From: Rebecca billardiae RCC1528
Lineage: Eukaryota > Protista > Haptophyta
Direction: 5' to 3'
Length of the DNA stretch: 64,000 bases
NCBI GenBank assembly: GCA_965240325.2
Contig: OZ251225.1
Span: 1-64,000, forward strand
The notes below the pieces were generated by a model. The model did no database searches, was not told where the DNA came from, and was given only the letters and a program-made list of their open reading frames with translations. Within the stretch, counting starts at the first letter, position 1. Every line of letters begins with the position of its first letter. Position numbers and translations under genes: made by a program. Shown here piece by piece: positions 1-9,040 of the stretch.

Positions 1-19
1 CCTAACCCTAACCCTAACC

Positions 20-60
<41 letters not shown>

Positions 61-77
61 CCCTAACCCTAAACCTA

Positions 78-110
<33 letters not shown>

Positions 111-382
111 ACCCTAACCCTAAAACCTAAAACCCTAACCCTAACCCTAACCTAACCCTAAAACCTAAAAACCTAAACCCTAACCCTAAACCCTAACCCT
201 AACCCCTAACCCTAACCCTAACCCTAACCCTAACCCTAACCCTAACCCTAACCCTAACCCTAACCCTAACCCTAACCCTAACCCTAACCCTAACCCTTAA
301 CCCTAACCCTAACCTAAACCCTAACCCCTAACCCTAACCCTAACCCTAACCCTAACCCTAACCCTAACCCTAACCCTAACCC

Positions 383-423
<41 letters not shown>

Positions 424-487
424 CCCTAACCCTAACCCTAACCCTAACCCTAACCCCTAACCCTAACCCTAACCCTAACCCCTAACC

Positions 488-559
<72 letters not shown>

Positions 560-561
560 CC

Positions 562-602
<41 letters not shown>

Positions 603-605
603 CCC

Positions 606-659
<54 letters not shown>

Positions 660-860
660 CCCTTAACCTAAACCTAAACCCTAACCTAACCCTAACCCTA
701 ACCCTAACCCTAACCCCTAAACCCTAACCCTAACCCTAACCCTAACCCTAACCTAACCCTAACCCTAACCCTAACCCTAACCCTAACCCTAACCCTAACC
801 CCTAACCCTAACCCTAACCCTAACCCTAACCCTAACCTAACCCTAACCCTAACCCTAAAC

Positions 861-901
<41 letters not shown>

Positions 902-1080
902 CCCTAACCCTAACCCTAACCCTAACCCTAAACCCTAAACCCTAACCCTAACCCTAACCCTAACCCTAACCCTAACCCTAACCCTAACCCTAACCCTAAC
1001 CCTAACCCTAACCCCTAACCCTAACCCTAACCCTAACCCTAACCCTAACCCTAACCCTAACCCTAACCCTAACCCTAACC

Positions 1081-1165
<85 letters not shown>

Positions 1166-1173
1166 CCCTAACC

Positions 1174-1214
<41 letters not shown>

Positions 1215-2098
1215 CCCTAACCCTAACCCTAACCCTAACCCCTAACCCTAACCCTAACCCTAACCCTAACCCCTAACCCTAACCCTAACCCTAACCCTAA
1301 CCCTAACCCTAACCCCTAACCCTAACCCTAACCCTAACCCTAACCCTAACCCTAACCCTAACCCTAACCCTAACCCTAACCCTAACCCTAACCCTAACCC
1401 TAACCCTAACCCTAACCCTAACCCTAACCCTAACCCTAACCCTAACCCTAACCCTAACCCTAACCCTAACCCTAACCCTAACCCTAACCCTAACCCTAAC
1501 CCTAACCCTAACCCTAACCCTAACCCTAACCCTAACCCTAACCCTAACCCTAACCCTAACCCTAACCCTAACCCTAACCCTAACCCTAACCCTAACCCTA
1601 ACCCTAACCCTAACCCTAACCCTAACCCTAACCCTAACCCTAACCCTAACCCTAACCCTAACCCTAACCCTAACCCTAACCCTAACCCTAACCCTAACCC
1701 TAACCCTAACCCTAACCCTAACCCTAACCCTAACCCTAACCCTAACCCTAACCCTAACCCTAACCCTAACCCTAACCCTAACCCTAACCCTAACCCTAAC
1801 CCTAACCCCTAACCCTAACCCTAACCCTAACCCTAACCCTAACCCTAACCCTAACCCTAACCCTAACCCTAACCCTAACCCTAACCCTAACCCTAACCCT
1901 AACCCTAACCCTAACCCTAACCCTAACCCTAACCCTAACCCTAACCCTAACCCTAACCCTAACCCTAACCCTAACCCTAACCCTAACCCTAACCCTAACC
2001 CTAACCCTAACCCTAACCCTAACCCTAACCCTAACCCTAACCCTAACCCCTAACCCTAACCCTAACCCTAACCCTAACCCTAACCCCTAACCCTAACC
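1..2098 (+). repeat. Telomere, (CCCTAA)n = (TTAGGG)n, about 2.1 kb
   Basis: Continuous CCCTAA array from base 1 with the C-rich strand on +, as expected at a left chromosome end. One-base indel variants are concentrated distally. Confidence 0.97.
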
Positions 2099-2716
2099 AG
2101 GCGGGCCGGCGGCATCAGCTACAGAGCAGTGGCTGGCTCTGGCGGCGAGCGCGCGCGGCGCGCGCGGCGGCAGGAGCGCGAGCGCAGCAGCGCTGGCGCG
2201 GATCGACGTGGACGCGGAGCGCGGACGCGGCAGCGCGGACGCGGAGCGACACGGACGCGGCGCGTGCGCGGGCGGTACGGCCCGGCGCAGCGCGGCACGG
2301 TGACGTCGCACGGGCATGGCTCGGCCGCCATCGTGGAAGCGTGTTGGAGTTCTCGAGAACGCAAACACGACCGTTTCATCCAGAAATTCATCACGGACGA
2401 GGACGTCCGGATTCAACGGGTACACGGATCCAGAAACCGTGTGCGACCAGCAGTTACGGCGGTGCGTCGGGAACACCTGTGATTGGTTGACGCACGGGGC
2501 GTGCGGCTCGGAATCATTGAGATTCCCCGAGCCGGGCCAGCAAACGCCGGGTCACCCCGCCGGAGCCGAAAAGAGCTCGGCGGGAGGTTAGCTTTTGCTC
2601 GTCAGAGGAGCGAGGGTCGAGATTGCCTTCGTGGGCGTCACCGACGACGCGCCCGAGGACGTGCCGGTGAGCTCTTAGCAGGGCTCGAGACGCTCGGAGC
2701 TCGCGTTTACCCAATA
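2096..2716 (+). mobile_element. 5'-truncated LTR (3' or solo) related to the copia element at 32989-40359
   Basis: Matches the reverse complement of the 721-bp LTRs from ACCAGGCGGGCCGGCGGCATCAGCTAC to ...GCTCGCGTTTACCCAATA, with a diverged middle. It lacks about the first 75 bp and is followed by host repeat rather than internal sequence. Confidence 0.9.
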
Positions 2717-2945
2717 ATATCTGTACACTCTGTATGTTTTCGCTTATTCCTCTGAATGTATCCGAATGTAGATTGTGACGGTATATTGTACACTTTGTAC
2801 ACTTCTTGATTGTACATATGAATGTACACTATTGTATACATTTTGAATGTACACATTTGTACACTTTGTACACTCTGTACACTGATTGATTGTACATATC
2901 TGAATTTATCCGAATGTACATTGCAACAGTACATCTGATGATCAA

Positions 2946-3365
2946 ATGTATCCGAATGTACAATGTAGTACATTCCAAATGTACAATGTACATTTCCGAA
3001 TGTACAATGTACATTCCAAATGTACAATGTACTACATTCCAAATGTACAATGTACACTTCCGAATGTACAATGTACATTCCAAATGTACAATGTACATTT
3101 CCGAATGTACAATGTACTACATTCCAAATGTACAATGTACACTTCCGAATGTACAATGTACATTCCAAATGTACAATGTACATTTCCGAATGTACAATGT
3201 ACTACATTCCAAATGTACAATGTACACTTCCGAATGTACAATGTACATTCCAAATGTACAATGTACACTTCCGAATGTACAATGTACATTCCGAATGTAC
3301 AATGTACATTCCAAATGTACAATGTACATTCCAAATGTACAATGTACATTCCAAATGTACAATGT
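2946..3365. repeat. AT-rich minisatellite of 20-23-bp units (TTCC(A/G)AATGTACAATGTAC(A/TACA))
   Basis: Tandem units rich in the palindrome TGTACA; degenerate units extend back to 2717. Confidence 0.95.
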
Positions 3366-3375
3366 GAGGGTGAGG

Positions 3376-4000
3376 GTAAGGGTTAGGGCGCAGGTAAGGG
3401 TTAGGGCGCAGGTAAGGGTTAGGGCGCAGGTAAGGGTTAGGGCGCAGGTAAGGGTTAGGGCGCAGGTAAGGGTTAGGGCGCAGGTAAGGGTTAGGGCGCA
3501 GGTAAGGGTTAGGGCGCTGGTAAGGGTTAGGGCGCAGGTAAGGGTTAGGGCGCAGGTAAGGGTTAGGGCGCAGGTAAGGGTTAGGGCGCAGGTAAGGGTT
3601 AGGGCGCAGGTAAGGGTTAGGGCGCAGGTAAGGGTTAGGGCGCAGGTAAGGGTTAGGGCGCAGGTAAGGGTTAGGGCGCTGGTAAGGGTTAGGGCGCAGG
3701 TAAGGGTTAGGGCGCAGGTAAGGGTTAGGGCGCAGGTAAGGGTTAGGGCGCAGGTAAGGGTTAGGGCGCAGGTAAGGGTTAGGGCGCAGGTAAGGGTTAG
3801 GGCGCAGGTAAGGGTTAGGGCGCTGGTAAGGGTTAGGGCGCAGGTAAGGGTTAGGGCGCAGGTAAGGGTTAGGGCGCAGGTAAGGGTTAGGGCGCAGGTA
3901 AGGGTTAGGGCGCAGGTAAGGGTTAGGGCGCAGGTAAGGGTTAGGGCGCAGGTAAGGGTTAGGGCGCAGGTAAGGGTTAGGGTTAGGGTGGTGGTTAGGG
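3376..4000 (+). repeat. 33 x GTAAGGGTTAGGGCGCAG telomere-variant array, inverted relative to the telomere
   Basis: Exact 18-bp period over 3376-3969 with occasional CGCTG variants, ending in GGGTTAGGGTTAGGGTGGTGGTTAGGG. Confidence 0.97.
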
Positions 4001-4021
4001 TCGCCAGTACTAAAATGAGAA

Positions 4022-4134
4022 TTTCTCGAGATTGACCGAACTGATTTCAACGAGACTTGGGCTCTGCCATGGAAATGGGAAGGGCTAAGGGCCCTCCAAT
4101 TTTGAGAGAATTTGGCTCGGTCAATCTCGAGAAA
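4022..4134. repeat. 18-bp perfect inverted repeat in the element's terminal module
   Basis: TTTCTCGAGATTGACCGA (4022-4039) and TCGGTCAATCTCGAGAAA (4117-4134) with a 77-bp spacer. Repeated at 4439-4551 and 7669-7781. Confidence 0.92.
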
Positions 4135-4145
4135 ACATACTTCTA

Positions 4146-4562
4146 GGCGCCGGTAAGGGTTAGGGCGCCGGTAAGGGTTAGGGCGCAGGTAAGGGTTAGG
4201 GCGCCGGTAAGGGTTAGGGCGCAGGTAAGGGTTAGGGCGCAGGTAAGGGTTAGGGCGCAGGTAAGGGTTAGGGCGCAGGTAAGGGTTAGGGCGCAGGTAA
4301 GGGTTAGGGCGCAGGTAAGGGTTAGGGCGCAGGTAAGGGTTAGGGCGCAGGTAAGGGTTAGGGCGCAGGTAAGGGTTAGGGCGCAGGTAAGGGTTAGGGT
4401 TAGGGTGGTGGTTAGGGTCGCCAGTACTAAAATGAGAATTTCTCGAGATTGACCGAACTGATTTCAACGAGACTTGGGCTCTGCCATGGAAATGGGAAGG
4501 GCTAAGGGCCCTCCAATTTTGAGAGAATTTGGCTCGGTCAATCTCGAGAAAACATACTTCTA
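4146..4562. mobile_element. Telomere-associated element, copy B (short)
   Basis: 13 x 18-mer (some CGCCG variants) plus the same terminal module ending CATACTTCTA. Confidence 0.75.
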
Positions 4563-5188
4563 ACGCCGTGCAGCAGCTGGAAGAGCACATCGTCGATGCG
4601 CTTGAGCCAGATCACCGGCGGCGACTCCTGCCCGCCGTGCTGCTCGACGTGGTCCAGCCACCCGCCGTGGTCGTCGTCGCGCATCTTGTGCAGCTTGTCG
4701 CGCGAGTCCTTGGCGGCGGCGGCGTTGGCGAACTTCACCTTGCAGCACGGGCACTCGAAGGGCTCGTTCTCGTGGCCCGGCACCGGCGCGTGCGCGGCGT
4801 TGAAGCAGTACTCCATGGTGCGCCAGCTCGGCTCCGCCGTCGCCGGCTCCTTCCGGCCGTTGGTGCGACGGATGAACGGCTTCCTGCCGTTGTGCTGCGA
4901 CACGCCAAGCACGCCGCGCGCGAACTCGCTGTCGCCGTTCAGCAAGAACTCGAGGTGGACGCAGCAGGAGCACTCCGAGTCGCACGGGTCGCGGTCGGGG
5001 TCCTCCACGCAGAGCTTCTTCACGCGCGTCATCTCGTACAGCACGTTGTACTCCGACCCGAGCGCGCCCGCCAGGTCGTGGTCGGAGCAGTCGAACACCG
5101 CGATCGTGTGGAAGTTCTTGGGCGCGCAGTAGCCGACTGTGAGCCCGGCGTCGCGCACGCAGATGATGGTGATCGCGCCGGCTGCGCA
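4563..5188 (-). pseudogene. Truncated exon of a putative RAG1/Transib-like DDE transposase
   Basis: Strong GC3 codon bias. Preceded by a CTAAC branch point and CAG acceptor (5189-5191). Motifs KNFHTIAVF, EFLLNGDSEFARGVLG, RT..AH..FECPCC and H...HGGQ..PP...LLH resemble the RAG1/Transib-like core (GD[K/x], Zn ligands, DxLH). Cut at 4562 by copy B. Confidence 0.45.
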
Positions 5189-5561
5189 CTGGGCGCGCAG
5201 TGGTGAGGTTAGGCCCAAAGAGACATCTACCCTGGGTGAGGTTACCAGCCGCGGCCGTTTCGGCCCAGTGGGGGCCGGCTGGGGCGGCGTGTTTGGCGGC
5301 CCAGGAGGCTCTGGGCCGGCCGAGTGGGCCGAGCTGGGCTGCCCAGAGCCTCCCAGGCCGGCTCCAGCTGGGCTGGGAGGGCTGGCGCCAGGCTGCGCGC
5401 CGGCTGCGCACTGGGCGCGCAGTGGTGAGGTTAGGCCCAAAGAGACATCTACCCTGAGTGAGGTTACCAGCCGCGGCCGTTTCGACCCGGTGGCGGCCGG
5501 CTGGGGCGGCGTGTCTGGCGGCCCAGGAGGCTCTGGGCCGGCCGACTCTGCCGAGCTGGGC
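5174..5561. repeat. 222-bp tandem duplication (about 1.75 copies)
   Basis: CGCGCCGGCTGCGCACTGGGCGCGCAGTGGTGAGGTTAGGCCCAAAGAGACATCTACCCTG starts at 5174 and again at 5396. Confidence 0.9.
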
Positions 5562-6221
5562 AAATCATTCTGAGATGGGCGGTCAAGGATCCGCTTGCGC
5601 ACGTTGACAAGGCTGGAGAGCAATCGTCCCCTCTGCTTGCTTGAGCTGTGGCATGCAATGGGTGCTGCTCTGTGCGCGCCCCCTGTGCAGGTTGAGCCAA
5701 GAGCAAGATGGGGGGGCGGGGCGGGGGCAGCTTTGACAGGTGCTCAGCGCTTGAGCTGAGCTTTGACAGGTGCTGCACTCGTCCGCACCGCAGCATACTA
5801 TTCTGCCACAGCCACTCTGCTTAGCAGCCATGCGCTTGATTTGCCCTATCAACTGTCGTTGTCATCATCGAGGTCTCGTCATCGATGATTGACAGCTCAC
5901 AGCTGCAACTCGAGATCGACTGACTGGTGCTGATGCCAACCACATTATTGAGGGATACTCCCCGCACAGAACTAGGACGTATGTACGAGCAGCTGCTCTC
6001 ACCAGTTGCTGCTCACCAGAGTCAAGTAGGACTAGGCTTCAGATGGGGGGGCGGGGCGGGGCCTGCATCGACCGGTGCTGTGCTCTGAGACTGCAGGCGC
6101 GAAAGTACGTTTTTGACTGTACATATCTGTACACTCTGTATGTTTTCGCTTATTCCTCTGAATGTATCCGAATGTAGATTGTGACGGTATATTGTACACT
6201 TTGTACACTTCTTGATTGTAC

Positions 6222-6724
6222 TGATTGGCACTTCGTGCGCTGGCGGAGGTTCGCTCTTTGGCGATGGTGGCGCAGGGGTCTCCCTGCTTCTGATATCAGG
6301 TTTTGTTGTGTGGCTGGTGTAGCTCCAGATCGCTGAGAAAAACTTTTGTAGGGTTCTCAAAAAGGACTCATCCCAGAACTTTCGTGATTAGAAAGTTTGG
6401 AGATGCTTCTCGGCTTCTGATTGCGAAGGCACGTTCTCGGAATGATCTGATAGTGCATTGCCCTGCGAAGGCTTGAGAACATCTCAGGAGCTTTGATTCC
6501 TGGATTGTTCCGCGACGCTTGTTGGCCATTATGAAATGCACGATGAATGATGATGAATGAATTGGTGCACTGGCGGTCGTGAATAAAACCGACAGTTGAG
6601 GTCGATGATAAGGTTTTGAATTGGAATGAAGCCTCAGCATGGTGGCGCTTAGAATTGCTCAGCGCCTTGAGATTGAAACCTCGAGCCGGGGAATGGCGCC
6701 AATGGCTGCCTTGGGCTTTTGACA
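6222..6724. mobile_element. Solo LTR (503 bp, TG...CA) of a second family
   Basis: Absent from the paralogous copy A (GATTGTACATATG near 2810). Flanked by the 5-bp TSD TGTAC (6217-6221, 6725-6729). Termini are TGATTG...TTGACA. Confidence 0.85.
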
Positions 6725-7789
6725 TGTACATATGAATGTACACTATTGTATACATTTTGAATGTACACATTTGTACACTTTGTACACTCTGTACACTGAT
6801 TGATTGTACATATCTGAATTTATCCGAATGTACATTGCAACAGTACATCTGATGATCAAATGTATCCGAATGTACAATGTAGTACATTCCAAATGTACAA
6901 TGTACATTTCCGAATGTACAATGTACATTCCAAATGTACAATGTACTACATTCCAAATGTACAATGTACACTTCCGAATGTACAATGTACATTCCAAATG
7001 TACAATGTACATTTCCGAATGTACAATGTACTACATTCCAAATGTACAATGTACACTTCCGAATGTACAATGTACATTCCAAATGTACAATGTACACTTC
7101 CGAATGTACAATGTACATTCCAAATGTACAATGTACATTCCAAATGTACAATGTACATTCCAAATGTACAATGTGAGGGTGAGGGTAAGGGTTAGGGCGC
7201 AGGTAAGGGTTAGGGCGCAGGTAAGGGTTAGGGCGCAGGTAAGGGTTAGGGCGCAGGTAAGGGTTAGGGCGCAGGTAAGGGTTAGGGCGCAGGTAAGGGT
7301 TAGGGCGCTGGTAAGGGTTAGGGCGCAGGTAAGGGTTAGGGCGCAGGTAAGGGTTAGGGCGCAGGTAAGGGTTAGGGCGCAGGTAAGGGTTAGGGCGCAG
7401 GTAAGGGTTAGGGCGCAGGTAAGGGTTAGGGCGCAGGTAAGGGTTAGGGCGCTGGTAAGGGTTAGGGCGCTGGTAAGGGTTAGGGCGCAGGTAAGGGTTA
7501 GGGCGCAGGTAAGGGTTAGGGCGCAGGTAAGGGTTAGGGCGCAGGTAAGGGTTAGGGCGCAGGTAAGGGTTAGGGCGCAGGTAAGGGTTAGGGCGCAGGT
7601 AAGGGTTAGGGCGCAGGTAAGGGTTAGGGTTAGGGTGGTGGTTAGGGTCGCCAGTACTAAAATGAGAATTTCTCGAGATTGACCGAACTGATTTCAACGA
7701 GACTTGGGCTCTGCCATGGAAATGGGAAGGGCTAAGGGCCCTCCAATTTTGAGAGAATTTGGCTCGGTCAATCTCGAGAAAACATACTT

Positions 7790-7816
7790 CTAACCCCTAA
7801 CCCTAACCCTAACCTA
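7790..7816 (+). repeat. Interstitial telomeric tract (former chromosome end)
   Basis: CTAACCCCTAACCCTAACCCTAACCTA in the same orientation as the terminal telomere, between the element end and the satellite. Confidence 0.85.
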
Positions 7817-9040
7817 GGCGCGCCCTCAGCCGACGCCCCCACCGCCCGCGCGTCGGCGCAGCGCTCGGCCGCACCAGCCAAGTCAGCAGTTGGGCTGACG
7901 GGCGAGATGTGCACGCTGGGGCGCGCCTCTGAGGGGCCTGACGCCACGCCCTACGTGTCGTACTCGGTCTACTGGTATTATGGAGTGGCACTGCACCACC
8001 GCTTGCTTCGGGGCGCGCCCTCAGCCGACGCCCCCACCGCCCGCGCGTCGGCGCAGCGCTCGGCCGCACCAGCCAAGTCAGCAGTTGGGCTGACGGGCGA
8101 GATGTGCACGCTGGGGCGCGCCTCTGAGGGGCCTGACGCCAGGCCCCACCGGTCAGCCTCGGTCTATCGGGGGTATGGAGTGGCACTGCTTCGCCGCTTG
8201 GGTCGGGGCGCACCCTCAGCTGACGCCCCCACCGCCCGCGCGTCGGCGCAGCGCTCGGCCGCACCAGCCCGAAGTCAGCAGTTGGGCTGACGGGCGAGAT
8301 GTGCACGCTGGGGCGCGCCTCTGAGGGGCCTGACTCCACGCCCTACGTGTCGTGCTCGGTCTACTGGTATTATGGAGTGGCACTGCACCACCGCTTGCTT
8401 CGGGGCGCGCCCTCAGCCGACGCCCCCACCGCCCGCGCGTCGGCGCAGCGCTCGGCCACACCAGCCAAGTCAGCAGTTGGGCTGACGGGCGAGATGTGCA
8501 CGCTGGGGCGCGCCTCTGAGGGGCCTGACGCCACGCCCCACCGGTCAGCCTCGGTCTACCGGTAGTATGGAGTGGCACTGCACCACCGCTTGGGTCGGGG
8601 CGCGGTCTCAGCAGACGCCCCCACCGCCCGCGCGTCGGCGCAGCGCTCGGCAGCACCAGCCAAGTCAGCAGTTGGGCTGGCGGGCAAGATGTGCACGCTG
8701 AGGCGCGCCCCTGAGGGGCCTGACGCCACGCCCCATGGTTCATGTTTGGTCTACGGGTAGTATAGAGTGGCACTTTCACCACCGCTTGGGTCGGTGCGCG
8801 CCCTCAGCCGACACCCCCACCGCCCGCGCGTCGGCGCAGCGCTCGGCCGCACCAGCCGAGTGGCAGTTGTGACGGCGGGCGAGGTGTGCACGCTGGGGCG
8901 CGCCCCTGAGAGGTCTGACGCCACGCCCCACCAGTCAGGCACTACGGTTTGTCAGTGGAATAGAGCGGCACTGCACCGCCGTAAGTTGGCTTCCGGGCGC
9001 ACGCTGGGCCGACGCCCCAAGCGCCCGCGCTTCTGCGCCC
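7817..9040. repeat. Subtelomeric satellite, about 6 units of about 195 bp
   Basis: The anchor TCAG(C)..ACGCCCCCACCGCCCGCGCGTCGGCGCAGCG recurs at 7826, 8021, 8216, 8413, 8608 and 8804 and decays near 9005. Confidence 0.93.

Larger units (their letters stand above)
2717..4145. mobile_element. Telomere-associated element, copy A
   Basis: TGTACA minisatellite, 18-mer array and about 145-bp terminal module ending CATACTTCTA. Colinear with 6123-7792. Confidence 0.75.
4563..7792. mobile_element. Telomere-associated element, copy C (longest)
   Basis: Contains the ORF remnant, unique region, TGTACA minisatellite (6860-7174), 24 x 18-mer (7185-7616) and terminal module, and abuts the interstitial telomere at 7790. 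Membership of 4563-6122 in the element is inferred. Confidence 0.65.

Noticed and set aside
1-1320. Variant telomere repeats (CCCTAAA, CCCCTAA, CCTAA) as a mixed telomere type
   Set aside because: These homopolymer-length changes increase toward the contig end, consistent with low-coverage long-read error; this cannot be resolved without reads.
2707-4590. Long ORFs of MYNVH/CTMY, VRVRAQ and PNPYLR repeats (also 6357-7697)
   Set aside because: They are translations of stop-free minisatellites with no protein-like complexity.
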